Of a DNA stretch of 64,000 nt, positions 24,067 through 39,423 are shown one piece after another. Location of the stretch: NCBI RefSeq assembly GCF_009914755.1, contig NC_060930.1, one strand, 5' to 3'. Origin of the DNA: the human T2T-CHM13v2.0 reference genome, Homo sapiens. A program made the position numbers and the translations under genes. The number at the start of each line of letters is the position of its first letter. Within the stretch, counting starts at the first letter, position 1. Under the pieces are notes generated by a model. That model was not told the origin of the DNA. It ran no database searches and saw only the letters and a list, made by a program, of their open reading frames with translations.

Positions 24067-27000
24067 GTTAAGATGGTAGATTTTATGTTATGTGTATTTT
24101 AACACAATAAAAAATCAAAGGTAGCTAATTCCCATTCTGCCCCAATTTCAGAGAAACACGTGGGCGAAGACAGGGAGGGGTGACTGTCGGTGCTGCCCGG
24201 GCCCTGCTGCCTTCCAGATCTCTGGCACCAGGGCTCTTTCTAGCTCCCTCCCCAGAAGAGGACATCAGCGACTTGCACAGGCCCCTTCCTGGGCCTGCCT
24301 GAACTGCTGGGGGCAATGGTTGTGGAGAGAACCCAGTGTGTGGGCAGAGAGCAGGCAGCGTGCCCCCTTCCCATTCTGCTCCAGCATATCACTCTTGTTG
24401 CAACACAGGATGAGTGTTCCCACATTTTGTTTAATATTCACACGCTATAGAGTGCTTCCTCCAGCTCCTCAGTCTTCAGGACAGCCTGGACTCCGGGACT
24501 GGTGGTGAGAAGCAGCAGAAATAACAAGCATCCCTGGCCCAGCTCGCTGGCCCCTGGTTGCTTTAGGGAGTCCTGTGCCTTCTCTGAGCAGGAAGTCCCT
24601 CATTGAAAATGAGAGGGTTGGACAAGACGATCCCTGAGAAGCCTTGGAGTGCCAGCTTTCTGAGAACTGGCCTGGCACAAATGCCCCATTTAGTACACAT
24701 GAAGCCAAAACAGAGAGGAACAGAGTCCCAGCAGGAGGAGTCAGCGAGCCGGCCCAGAGCACGCTTCTTAGAAAAGGACACGCTCAGGGACAAGGGCACC
24801 ATGACCTTCCCAAAGGCACAAAGGGCACAGGGCTCTGCATCTCCTGTTTGTTCCCGGTAGAACATCTCGCTGTCCCGGGAGAATATATGAGGAGTGCATA
24901 AATATACAGCCCCGCACTGCTTCCTGGGCTCTTGTGTGATTCCAGGGCCTGTTCTCCAGCAGCTGTGAGCACCCACCCAGACCCCACTGGCCTGGGGACG
25001 GCCATTGAGCCAGTCCCACCTGTGAGCCCTTCAGCGATTCTCTGGCCCCCAGCCCCACCTGTCTGTCCACTTTTCCTGGCAGGCTGGTTAGGGGATAAAG
25101 CAGATGCACGGGACACTTTACTTGCCCCTTTCCCGTCCACCCCAGTTCAACCCTCCAGGTTACCCTCCGGCAGCAGAGCCACCCCTGCCCAGGACGCGCA
25201 CTGCCTTCCATTAGGCAACAGTTTCATGAGGCATTTGCCGTCCTCAAGAGGCTGACGTGACAGTGCCTGATTCACAGAGGCTTCCCTCTGACCCAGGTCT
25301 AGCTGGCTCCCCAGTGGGACACCCCAGGGCCTTTCCTGGCCCAGATCTGCCGCTCTGGGCTGTCCTGAGTGAGGAACACCTGAATAAGCCACAACATCAA
25401 GGAAAGGACCATGAGGATGGGAGCACCCGGGAGCAAGCCCCTCCCTGAGCCTTGGAAACCCCGTGACTCCTATTTTCCATGTCATTTTCTCCATCATGGA
25501 ATGAACACTTAGAAACTGGAAGCTCGTGAGCAGAATGATTCTGTCCTAGAGCCTGAAGGCGTGCATCAGGGCTGGGTCCTTCCCTGCAGCATAGCTTCTA
25601 AACCAACGATTGATATCTTCATTTACCAGCACGATAAAAAAGGAATTCGTTTTCTTAGAAGCTGTGCCTGTCACTCTGCTTAGAAACAGTCCAAGCAGCC
25701 GTTCCAAGTGCGGCCTTCAGCCCATGCCAAACTTAGATCAACTGCAGGCTTGGAGCTTTCTGAGGCGAGAATGGAAGTATGTGTGCTGCAGTGGTGTGTG
25801 TGGGTGTGCACTCGTGTTTGTAGGTAGCATTTACACACACCCACCGTGGGCATGTACATGTGTCTCCCTGTGCCAGTATGCTGAGAGCTTCAGGACATGG
25901 CAGGCACTCCACATGCAGGGGATGGAAAAGCCATCACATTTATTGTCTGTCCTTGTGCGGTATTTAAAATACAACTGAGAATGTGTGCAGATTTTTAAAT
26001 GTTACTGGACCACTTGGGTTTTTTTTGAGACCGGGCTGACTCTGAGCCAGACTGCATCTGTCTGCGTTGAAAGGGACCATTCTTTCCCTCCTGCTCCCGC
26101 CCTGCCCCCTCCACACACACCCTCCTTCATGTGAAACCCGAGCATTTCCTTTCCCGTAAGCCTTCTTCTAGAAGCCTGTGCTCAGCACAGGGGCCAAGCC
26201 CTGCGGCTCAGGCAGGCCCACGTGACTCTTGAACTGCAGACTCAAGTCCCAAGGTGGGAAACCGTTTGTCAACGGCCCCCAGATTTACAACCACGAGGCC
26301 AGGCTGGTCTTGGGGTGCAAAGCCATTGTTCAAACCATCAGTCATGCAAGGAGTTCCTAGGATTTTTTATTTTCCCCTCCAAAAAGCTCTCTTCAGCTTT
26401 GAAGAAATGCTGTTTCCTCCTCTGGTTACTTCTGCCTGATGAGAATGCTGATCTGGGGATCCAAGTAAAGGGTGGACCACAGAGCACCTTGTCTCTGTGT
26501 AAAAGGACACCCCTGTTACTCAGCGTGCCTGAAAGTGCCTGAGTGTTTCCCAGTCCTCATCAGTGTAATCTTAAGCTAGAAGTTCCCCTTGGGCAATGCA
26601 TCAGGTCTTCCACTTTTTTTCCAATAGACACCATGGGCCATACTTCCTAAAATACATGTTTTTAAATCTTCTACTTTTTTTGAAAAACAATTTTGAATCA
26701 TTAAAGAAATTTTTGAAAATAGCTTTCTATAACCCACAACACCTCTTTGTGAACCCCATGATTTTCATTTGTTGAAATTTTCCGATTCTGACCATGGGAA
26801 TGTGTGTCTTACCAAATTTCAACCAGACATCCAGTGTTTCCACCTAACATGCCATTTAAAGCCACTTCCATATTCAATTCAGTCTGCGCAATTCTAGTTC
26901 CAAACGCTCAGTTTCTGTTCCATTCAGAGAATGTGCTGAGATTTCTTCTGTCATTCCCTTATTCCTGGACATTTAGGTGCAACAAGTGTAGACGGGTTGT

Positions 27001-28448
27001 TTTTTCCACTGAATCATTTCCTTCAGATGAATTTCCACCAGCGAGATGATTGGATCCACTGGTATAATCATTTTCAAGACTTGATGTATTTCAAATTACT
27101 TCCCAAAAAGCCTTTAACTACTTACAATGCCACCAAGAGCTAGCACAATTTTTTTTATTGTGAAATTGCCAGGAATTAAATTAGCTTTTCTTGACTTAGC
27201 AGATAAAAATTGACAATCTCAAAAGGTTCATTTTCATTTCTTTAATGACTGGTGAAGGTTTTATTGTTTTGCTTTTGTTCCCCCCCACCCCTCAAACTCT
27301 GTGACTGTATAAATGTATCCTGTGGCTACATCTTCATCCTTCCTCTCTCAAATCCTACTGCAAAGCAAAGGATGCAGACGGGGGTTGTAGTGAAAGGGAG
27401 CTGGGATCATCAGAATGGCCTATAGGTTAACCTCCCCATACAAATTACAATGGAGACCTCCCTAGCTATGAGAACATGGGAGACTGAGCCAGGAGATAGG
27501 GTGGAGGTGTGCAAAGAAGTCATTGGCAGAAAGAGTGATGGTGGTAGCGTATTTCTTCCCTTTTCTGGGTGATGGTGGGCTTTCTGTGCTGACACCTGCT
27601 TTATCCTGGGCCTACTGCCTTCCATGGGACTCTCACATCCCGGAGGCTTAGTGTCCCTTCCTAACCACAGGGATCCAGCACTTAAGCTCACTCTATACAG
27701 CTGTTTTGCCTTCAAAGACTAGTACGTCTAATACACACTCTCCACTTTCTCTCCAATAGTGGTGTTGGCTTTGCAAAGTCTTTCTTCCTTGTGAAAGGGA
27801 GCTTCAGGGCCATGGGCCAAAGCCTCCAGGGGCTCCGCTTTGGGAATCTGATGGAAAGCAGGCATACATCCCCTACCAGCCACTGCAGCCACCAGGAACT
27901 CTGCAGGGATGTTCTGTGTTGCCCTGGTGAAGACGCTGATGCCTAGTCAATACCTTGGGATGGCTCTTCTTGAGGCCCGCCAGCACTGATGTTGTCTTTC
28001 GAGGAAGTTAAGGCACAGCTTTGGAAGACGAGAAGGAGAAACCTGGTGAGAAATTAGGGGCAGGGCATCTGCCATGTTTCCCAGATGTTGAGGCGTCTAA
28101 GGAGTTTTCTACTGACGAGGATCTTAATTCCAACATTCAGGACTCTTTATTCGTATATTAAACAGCCCTTCCCAGAAAAGCTTCTCTACTGTCCTAGACA
28201 GATGATTTCCCTGTAAACCATCAAACGTGGTCCCTCGGACAGTCACACTCCTGAGCTTCTTGGGGTTCCTATGCTGTGCCGTGTTTTCCCCTCTAGCGTG
28301 GCAGGAATTGCCCACATGACACGTGTCTGCTTGTGTCTGTCTCTCCCATTAGACTGTCAAGTCCGGGAAACAAGAGCGTCTCCCACTTCTCCTGTTCCCA
28401 GCTCGTGGCAAGCCGTGGGGGTGTTGAGTGAAGGAATGGCTTTGGGCG

Positions 28449-29090
28449 TGAAACCAAGGGCTAATCTGATTAAGCCCATCAAATGTAACCTGCCTTGCAT
28501 GCTTCTAATCACTTGCTTCTTGTCAGCTTTTTAACCTATGTAGCTAAAAGTCACAGAGCCAAAAGCACCTGCCTCAACTCCCTCTAGCTTCCTGATAGAT
28601 AACATCTCTGACAGTGGGTCACTACAGTAACAGTCACTTAAAGTTGTTTTTTAGGAACTAGGGGGCAGGTCCTGTCCAGATTAAACCAGTTGAGACCACC
28701 AACCTTTCAACTAGGCCTGCATGAATGCCTGAGAGGTGACCTTTTGAGATCACCGGGCCAAAAACTGCCCCCTCAGGGGCACCATTTTCTGAACATGCAG
28801 CCTATGAAGAGCCAGGAAGAGCCATGAAGAGCCATGAAGCTTGACTATGCATGTACACATGGCCAATTACCTCGCTTTTCTTCACCCTCAGTCACCTTTC
28901 CCCACACCTCAGATCACCTTGCTTCCTTATGCCATATATATCTCTAACCTGACTTTTGGGGAGGCAGATTTGAGACCTGTTCTCCTGCCTCCTTGCTTCG
29001 TAGCCTCATGGATCAACCCTTTCTTCTTTGCAAAGCCCATTGTCACAGTGATTGGCTTACTGCATGCAGGCAGAATGAGCAGGGAGACAG
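28449..29090 (+). mobile_element. ERV1 solo LTR (MER67-like)
   Basis: gttgtttttaggaactagggggcag, gagaggtgaccttttga, ggggaggcagatttgagacctgttctcctgcctcc and cagtgattggcttactg. Confidence 0.78.
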
Positions 29091-30260
29091 ACCTAATACT
29101 GACCCTCCTTGAGTAAGTGGATGACTGCAGAGCTGGGATGGAAATCGAGGCACAGAGAAGGTAACAGCACCAAGATCTGTTCTAACCATCCACCCCAAAC
29201 AGCTCCCCTGCCCAGAATCCCATGTGACCAAGGGCCCATGTGAACCCACGCAGAGCCCATACGAATAAAACCCTTGACATCAGCTTCTTGGGAACCAACC
29301 CGCCACCTCCTGAACCAACCAGCTACCAATTAAGCATTAGTCCCCAGAGCAGGAAGCCTGGGCACCTGCTGCATTCTTGGTGGAACCTCATCAGCCCCTG
29401 CAGGGTAATCACGCCATCCCAGGTGGCCTCCTGGGATCAGCAATCAGCGACACTCTGATAATAAAATTACTGGGCCCTGATTGCAACAAACTTCCTTGAA
29501 GATCCTGGGCCAGTCTTTCTATCTGGGTATTATGAGAGATAATCAATTTCATCTGGTTTCGGTTCTTTTAAAACTCCCCCTTTGAAATATTCAGATCATT
29601 ATCTGTAACCAGTGCCTTGCTTCAGCTTTATACAATTTGTGTTAGAGACTGCTATGTGTTCACCAAACCCCAGACAGCTTTTTAAAGAAATTTTATGCAT
29701 ATATAGTATAGGCATGTACATCGCTTCTATTTTTTTGCATGTGATAGCACAATATTACTTTCTTTTCACTTATTACTATCACTTATTACTTATTCACTTT
29801 TCACTTATTACTAATATTATAATATTACTATCTTTTCACTTAGCACCATGTCTTGGAGTCCTGTCTATATCAGTACATTTAGAACGGTCTTGTTCTTTTT
29901 CATGGCTGTGTAGTATCCCCATGTGGATTTACCATAATCTGTTTAACCTGCCACCCACTGATGGGCATTTAAGTTGTTCTCAGACTTCTCCTATTATGAG
30001 CAATGTTGCACATTCTTGTGAAATTATATCTGCAAGATATAGTCCTAAAGTGGGATTGCTAGGTCAAAGGGCATGTGCATTTTTATTATGGGTAGGAATT
30101 GTCCAATTGTCCTGCACAGATATTGATGCCAGTTCTCACTTAAGTTGACCATGTGTGAATGTGACTGTCTCTCCTTATGCCTATGATATTTTATCACCTG
30201 TTTAATCTTTGTTAATCTGATAAATGAAAAAAATCTCATTGAAGTTTTGAGCTGTATTTC

Positions 30261-30568
30261 TTTTTTTTTTTTTTTCTTTTTTTTTGAGATGGAGTCTCAC
30301 TCTGTCACCCAGGCTGGGGTGCAGTGGCACGATCTCCGCTCACTGCAACCTCTGCCTCCCTGGTGTTCAAGCGATTCTCCTGCCTCACCCTCCCGAGTAG
30401 CTGGGACTACGGGTGCATGCCACCACACCTGTCTAATTTTTTTGTGTTTTTAGTACAGACCGGGTTTCACTGTGTTAGCCAGGATGGTCTCGATCTCCTA
30501 ACTTCATGATCCACCTGCGTGGGCCTCCCAAAGTGCTGGGATTACAGGTGTGAGCCACCGCGCCTGGC
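30261..30568 (-). mobile_element. AluSc-like
   Basis: ttagccaggatggtctcgatctcc, TSD ag(c/t)tgtatttctt. Confidence 0.93.
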
Positions 30569-30840
30569 TAAGTTGTATTTCTTATATTATGAGGTTGAGC
30601 ATCTTTTGCTAGGCTTTAGAGGCATTGATTCTGCTTGTCTTTCAACTCTCACTTCACCCTCTTTGCCCATGTTTCTACTGGGTTCTTTCCTTACTAATTT
30701 GTAAGAACTCTATACATCAAGAGCATTAGAACCCTGTGCAGTCCAAGTTGAAGCATTTCTTTCCCCTTTGACTCAGGTATTTGGGGTATTTTGCTGTTTT
30801 GTTTGTTTTCCGCCATGTGGAAGGTTTTTTCTTTTACATA

Positions 30841-31146
30841 CAGTCATCCCACTATGGGTCCACATCTGCAGATTCAACCAACTACAGATGGAAAATATTT
30901 GGAAAAGAAACAATTAAAAATAACAACGCAGCAATAAAAAAAATACAAATAAAAAAACTATACAGTATAACCACTATTTACATAGCATTTACATTGTATT
31001 AGCTATCATAAGTAACCCAGAGATGATTTAAAGTATACAGTTATATGTACACACTATACCATTTTATATCAGGGACTTTAACATCTGAAGATTTTGGTAT
31101 CTGTGGGGGTCCTGGACCCAATTCCCCAGATACCGAGGATGAACTG
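30841..31146 (+). mobile_element. MER2 (TcMar-Tigger)
   Basis: TA-cagtc...gattcaacc...tatttacatagcatttacattgtattag...gataccgaggatgaactg-TA. Confidence 0.9.
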
Positions 31147-31984
31147 TATTTATTTTCTTTTAGTCTTTTTGCACTTTTGTCATACTTTTAGCACGTATAC
31201 TAAATTCTAATATGTATTTGAATGTTCTTGAACTTTATAGACTGTTCCATTGAGCTTTCGCTCCACATCAGAAACTCATTGTTTATTATTATAGCTTAAT
31301 ATGTGACTAATATCTGGCACAGATAGTCCCCTTCCCCTATTATTCCTTTTTTCTAGAACTTTCCTGCCTCTGCTTGCTTATGTATCTTCCCATAAGAGCC
31401 TTGGCATTAACTCCCTACATCCAAAAATATTATATTGAAATATTTAACCTATAGAAAATCGACCTGTTAATGATATCAAGTGTTATACAATAACATGGTA
31501 TGTGGGTTTCTTGTTGTTCTGGGGGGTTTTGGTTTATTTGTTTGGTTGGTTGGTTGGTTGGTTTTGGTTTTGGTTTATTATTGTTATTGTTTGTTCTTGG
31601 CTAAGTCCTAAGCTAATGACTACAGGGTACAAATTTTGATCCCAGCCAACTTGCTAAAATATGTTACTGTTTGTAATTCCCTGGAAAACCCAAGAAAACC
31701 TGCTAGAATAAAATAACTATCATAGAAGCTTCAAATGACGATAGTTTACCTTCTCCTTTTAAATTTTTATATATCTCATTTCTTCTAGTGTGTTATATTG
31801 ACTGATCTCTAGAACAGTGTTACATGATATTTGTGAAAGTGTATCTACTTGTCTTACTCCTTTCCTTAATATCAATGATTCAAGTGTTTCTACATTTTTA
31901 AGTATGATACTGTCTTCGGGATTAAAATATGCTTTTATATCATGCTAAGGACGTATTTATTATTATTTTCAGATATTTTATGCA

Positions 31985-33900
31985 GAATAAATAACACTAA
32001 TGGATTAATGAAGCTAAACATGAACCAAAAAATTGTTGCTAACATTGCAAACAAAGAGTCAACCAGCTGTTAGGTATCTCCTCATAGAAAAGCACACACA
32101 ACCTAAAAAGTAATTTTTCATAAAAATATCAAAGTTGGATCTCACCAAGCCTCTAGATCGAACTACCAACTTACAGAAATGCAGAGGACAGAACAGTCTA
32201 TTTAATACACTACACAGAGGGAGCATGCTGCAAAACACAGACTCTGGGAAACTCTACAGGACACAGGCCCAGGTCTTTCAACAAATGTATTCCAAGTGGG
32301 GAAAACCAAAAGATGGAGGGAGATCCCTTTAGGTTAAAGGAAACTTAAAACACATCAACCAACTGCAATGTATGGCCTTACTGGGATCCTGATTCAAATC
32401 AACATGATGTCAAAAAAGTATTCACAAGACAATTAGAACTTTGAACACTTACTGGATATTTGATGACATTAAGAAAGTACTGTTAATTTTTTTTGGTGTG
32501 ATAATATCATTATGGTTGTTTCATAAAATCTTCTTCTTGAAGAGATATGTACTAAATAACTGATGGATGAAATGATACGCTGTCTAGGATTTGGTTCAGA
32601 AGAGTATACGGGGAAGCATGGGGAGGAGTATAGAGTAATGAGACTGGCCATAGTGTGAGCTGTGCGGTGGGTGTGGAGTATAGAGTAATGAGACTGGCCA
32701 TAGTGTGAGCTGTGCGGTGGGTGTGGAGTATAGAGTAATGAGACTGGCCATAGTGTGAGCTGTGCGGTGGGTGTGGAGTATAGAGTAATGAGACTGGCCA
32801 TAGTGTGAGCTGTGCAGTGGGTGTGGAGTATAGAGTAATGAGACTGGCCATAGTGTGAGCTGTGTGGTGGGTGTGGAGTATAGAGTAATGAGATTGGCCG
32901 TAGTGTGAGCTGTGTGGTGGGTGAGGAGTATAGAGTAATGAGATTGGCCATAGCGTGAGCTGTGCGGTGGGTGAGGAGTATAGAGTAATGAGATTCGCCA
33001 TAGTGTGAGCTGTGCTGTGGGTGTGGAGTATAGAGTAATGAGACTGGCCATAGTGTGAGCTGTGTGGTGGGTGTGGAGTATAGAGTAATGAGACTGGCCA
33101 TAGTGTGAGCTGTGCGGTGGGTGTGGAGTATAGAGTAATGAGACTGGCCATAGTGTGAGCTGTGCGGTGGGTGTGGAGTATAGAGTAATGAGACTGGCCA
33201 TAGTGTGAGCTGTGTGGTGGGTGTGGAGTATAGAGTAATGAGATTGGCCGTAGTGTGAGCTGTGTGGTGGGTGAGGAGTATAGAGTAATGAGATTGGCCA
33301 TAGCGTGAGCTGTGCGGTGGGTGAGGAGTATAGAGTAATGAGATTCGCCATAGTGTGAGCTGTGCTGTGGGTGAGGAGTATAGAGTAATGAGACTGGCCA
33401 TAGTGTGAGCTGTGCAGCGGGTGTGGAGTATAGAGTAATGAGATTGGCCATAGTGTGAGCTGTGCGGTGGGTGAGGAGTATAGAGTAATGAGATTGGCCA
33501 TAGTGTGAGCTGTGCAGCGGGTGAGGAGTATAGAGTAATGAGACTGGCCATAGTGTGAGCTGTGCGGCGGGTGAGGAGTATAGAGTAATGAGACTGGCCA
33601 TAGTGTGAGCTGTGCGGCGGGTGAGGAGTATAGAGTAATGAGATTGGCCATAGTGTGAGCTGTGCGGTGGGTGTGGAGTATAGAGTAATGAGACTGGCCA
33701 TAGTGTGAGCTGTGTGGTGGGTGTGGAGTATAGAGTAATGAGATTGGCCGTAGTGTGAGCTGTGCGGTGGGTGAGGAGTATAGAGTAATGAGATTGGCCA
33801 TAGTGTGAGCTGTGCGGTGGGTGCGTGGCGGTTTATTTACTATTCTGTCTACTTTCATATTTGTTTGAAATTCTCCATTACACAAAGTTAAAAAAAAAAA
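31985..33900 (+). mobile_element. L1MC-like 3' UTR (host of the minisatellite)
   Basis: gcaatgtatggccttactgggatcctgattcaaa, ggatgaaatgatacgctgtctaggatttg, and after the array tactattctgtctactttcatatttgtttgaaattctcca plus poly-A. Confidence 0.82.
32625..33823. repeat. Minisatellite (probable VNTR), 24 x 50 bp
   Basis: Unit ggagtatagagtaatgaga(c/t)tggccatagtgtgagctgtg(c/t)ggtgggtg(t/a), with no indels between units. Confidence 0.99.
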
Positions 33901-34684
33901 GAATAATGCATTTAGATAAATGTTTTTTTAGAATCTGTGGAATAACGGAATGTTTTTTCTCTTATATTCTATTAATATGTTGAATGTGATTAATATATTT
34001 CCTACTTTGAGCCAATCCTGACTTCCTGGAAAAAAAGCCACTGGGTCATGGTTCATTATTCTCCTAATGAGCTGCTAGGTTCTCTTTGCTGCTATTTTGA
34101 TAAGGATTTTGAATTATTATTCTTAAATGAGATTAATGAAGACTTTCGTTTCAAAGTAGATCCAAGGATAGATGCCTGAGATCCTCAATAGTAATAATTA
34201 CGGCAACAAATATTGATTACTGGCCCTTGTGCTGAACACTGTACATCTTAGCTCATCCTGCGCTGGGGCAGGAAGCGGAGGGTGGGGCAGGAAGCGGAGG
34301 GCAGAGCAGCACACATCAGTGGGACACACACCTCTGCATGTGTCATTCCTGAAGTCAGATGCACAAAAGCTGCCAAATACCATGCATGCTTTCCTAGTCT
34401 CAGTTGCACAGCCAAACACCCTCCAGTTCCAATGAGAGGTCATTGCCCAGAGAATGACCTAAATCAGGATAGAAGTTGTTCCTTGACAGTCTTTTCCTGG
34501 GCCAATAACCTGCTTCACTCACCAATGATGCCATCTTAGGAAAGTTGGAAATAGTCCATTCGAATATCTTGAGACTCCTTGAACAATGAAATATACTTGG
34601 AAATTAAAGTTTCATGTCCCAGCACAGCGGTTGTCTCTCATGAAAATGGTATCAGATGTTTTACAGGTTTAACTTACATTAATA

Positions 34685-35475
<791 letters not shown>

Positions 35476-38249
35476 TAATGACCATGGCGGGGGCGGGATT
35501 CAAGAGCAGCCAGAGACTTCCCGTTAACTTCCCCCATCTCAGGTGCAGCTTTCACCTCACAGCAGCCGACAGCCGGGCTGTCTCTGTAGACCCGTCTGAC
35601 ATTCCTCTGCAGCCGCTGTGGGACTTGCCCTGAACACAGCGATCCTCCGGGCCCCCACTCCCAAATCACGGCCGGTGCTTCCAAAATGCGCCTCTGCTAC
35701 CTGGATGTATCCCCATGTGCAGAAACGGCACACATACCCTAATGTTGTTTTGAAAACTGCACATTAGGTAGGCACGAGGACATGTGACATTCTCTGGCTG
35801 TGCTCGTAGACATAAACAGTTGGCTAAAGAGCACACCACGTTTTCAGAGACTCTGTTTTCAGAGAAACCTACTCCCTCTCCACCCTTAACAAACCCTCAA
35901 GTGCAAACCATAAGGAAGGGACCTGCAGGCTTATTTCCTCTGTCTGCTTTTATTGCCCAGCGTGGACTCTGCTCCCCAAAGACGCCTCAGATGGACTGTG
36001 GTGGCTACTGTTTCAGAAACAGTGACATGACGATCAAGGGCCCGAACCACTGTGATAACCACAAGAGTGCCCAAACTTTCAAGAACAGGGGAAACTGACC
36101 CATATAAAGCCACTTACACACCACGTAAAAATAGACACACCAAGGTATTACAGATACTGCCAAATAAATAACCCCTTTTTAAAGAACAGCTTTCAGTGGT
36201 CTGGAAGGAATGAATGTTTGCTTAAAAAAGGAAACAATTTGGCTCTCCTCTCAGTACCAACTGTGCCCTTTATAAAAATAAGAGACCTCAAAACTGTCCT
36301 AAGCCCATTCCTCAGGATTGCTGAGGCAGGAGTCCACGCACTTGGGTGGCCAGCATCACATAAAACTGAGGGAAGCAAACCAAGGAAACCAAGGGAAACT
36401 GTGGGAGGAAGTGCTTCGTACGGACCAGGGAGGATTATTTGGGAACGTTATTAGGAGTTACGTGGTGATAATGGGTTGCACTGACACCAGGCCACGGGAG
36501 CTCCCGTGTCCCTCTGAAGATGCTCATGAGCTTTCAGTATGGAGTGAGTAGTACTTTTAGGTCTCTTTTACAGTAGAAGTAATGGATTTTCCCATTGTCT
36601 GCAAGGTACAGAGTAGGTCTGGTAGCTCTCTGTTTTATTTGATCCGTCTGCAGGTAGCTGCTAGACGGTTCATTTGGACAAAACCTATTTTGAGGGCTTA
36701 ATGGATCCAAATAGGCAGTGAATTAGGCTCAAAATAGCTGGTTGATCACTGCCATGCTTTGTTTTGTTTGTTCATGTATACGTTTGGTGGTCATGGCTTT
36801 GAGAAATTAACTCATTCATGTCTAGTTAATAATAGAGCAAGAATTTTTAAACCAAAAATAATAGACCTTAGTGATGGCAATTTACAAAATAAATGAACAG
36901 ACGAAGACCAAAGAAAAGGAGGGAGGGCTGGGGATGCACCCTGGCTCCCCACCTCACTCCAGTCCCTGCCCCAGGCTGCTGTCTCCCTTGTGTGCAGACC
37001 TGACCTCATTACGCCCTCAGCCCCCGGAGGGCAGAAGGTGCTGTAGTATAGATGTTGGTGCCTCAGATGCCAGATGAAGCACACAGTAAGGCTTAGCAGA
37101 TGTGAATCGTGGATTCATTTCCTAAGATGAGTTTCCCTTTGTTGGTCAAACAGTTGGTTGGGTTGGTCTTCTCAGAGCCTCCGTGGCCCACATCCATCCC
37201 ATACTCATCAATAATCTGGCCTGAAAGAAGTATCTCCCCAAATAAGGTGGGCTTAAAAACATCCTTTCCCAAACCTACTGGATCAAGGGAATGTCTTCCT
37301 TTTTCTGACAGGAATGGCTAATTTCCCTGCAGCTGGTGTTGTGAGGAGCATGCCTTGGCAAGTGCTGTGCTCAGCTGTGTTCCAGCCTCAGATCACCCTG
37401 CGGGCACTGGTTCTGCTGGGCCCCTCTGCTGGCTCTCCAGGCCCCTCACCCACAGCCACCTGCTGAGCTTTGCTGGAATGCTTTCATGTGCGTGAACCAG
37501 ATTCAGAGATGCTGAGGGGAAGAAAGATGGAGAAGGGACGCCTACATTACAACTATGACGACACGTGTTTGTAGGTATCAAGGCAGGTCTGGGGAAGTTC
37601 TGTGCAGATATATTTAACTTTGTCCTTGTAATTTCAGGGTCCCTAGATAAAATGCTTATAAGAGCCCAGGTCTCAGAGCCAGGGAGCTGGGAGGCCTGTG
37701 GTTCCTCTTCCAGAGCAGGCAGCTGGACTTGAACAAGGACAAGGAGCGCAGAATGTTTTTCCTTATGTGAGAACGAGAGAGTCCCTGGGAGCTCCCTGTG
37801 CCTCGGCTGGCTGGCTGACGTCCGACACACCAGAAAGATCGCCAGAAAAGCGATCTGATGGGCCAACAGAGAGAGCAGGCCCACTTTCAATGTTAGGGTT
37901 TCAATGTTGAAACCAGATGTCTCGAGGGCTCACACATCCACAGAGCATCCAGCGATGTGTGTACACACACGGGGTGATCTCCCAAGGCGCTTCCGTCCAC
38001 TCACTCCGTGGCTGCCACAGAGGAAGAGGTAAGAGCACTTCCATGGCTGGCATATTGCAGTAGAAATCACGACTGGATGTCAAGGCCAGGGTCATTGCCA
38101 GCTCTCTTTACTACTCAGTGACCCAAAAGACTCCACTGAACTCAAGTTCGGCCTGCACAGTGCTAAACTCTCCAGATGTTCCCAAGTATGAAGATTTAAA
38201 CCATGTTGACACAGTGTACTTTCAATATCCAGATGTTCTGCTGTATTGA

Positions 38250-38705
<456 letters not shown>

Positions 38706-39067
38706 TGAAATCAGAAGGTCCCGTTGCCTCAGGTGGAGTCCCAGCACTGGCAAGAGCAGGAATGGGAACACAGGTCTGCCCAACTCCAACATCCACTCTG
38801 CCTTCCTCTCTCTGAACCTGTTTCTTCATCAAACCATGGCCATAATGCCATCTTTGTGAAGTTGCTAAGAAAATTAAATAATGTATGTATGCATGGACTA
38901 GGAGGCCACAAACTCAAGGCCTATTTACCCAATTTAGCAACACTGTGTATAACTTAGCCAGTGCAGTACTTTGGAAAATGTGTCCATCGAAATCAACAGG
39001 CAAGGCTGAGGTCACCCGTGAAACACAAGCACACTACTCTCCAATGTCCCACACTGCCAACTCACTA

Positions 39068-39423
<356 letters not shown>

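Larger units (their letters stand above)
23070..24115 (+). mobile_element. L1MB-type 3' end, interrupted by MLT1A and Alu
   Basis: tggatgaacct...gctcagtgaaaccagcca, resuming at gtagtcagactcgtggagacaggaggtagaatggtgg...tttcagttttgcaagatgaaa. Confidence 0.8.
29690..31980 (-). mobile_element. Old L1ME/L1M fragments (continuing at about 33900-34140)
   Basis: ccactgatgggcatttaagttg, cctaaagtgggattgctaggtcaaaggg, gaggttgagcatctttt. Confidence 0.7.

Noticed and set aside
32625-33823. CRISPR-like regular array
   Set aside because: Head-to-tail 50-bp units with no unique spacers, in a primate context with no cas genes; it is a minisatellite.
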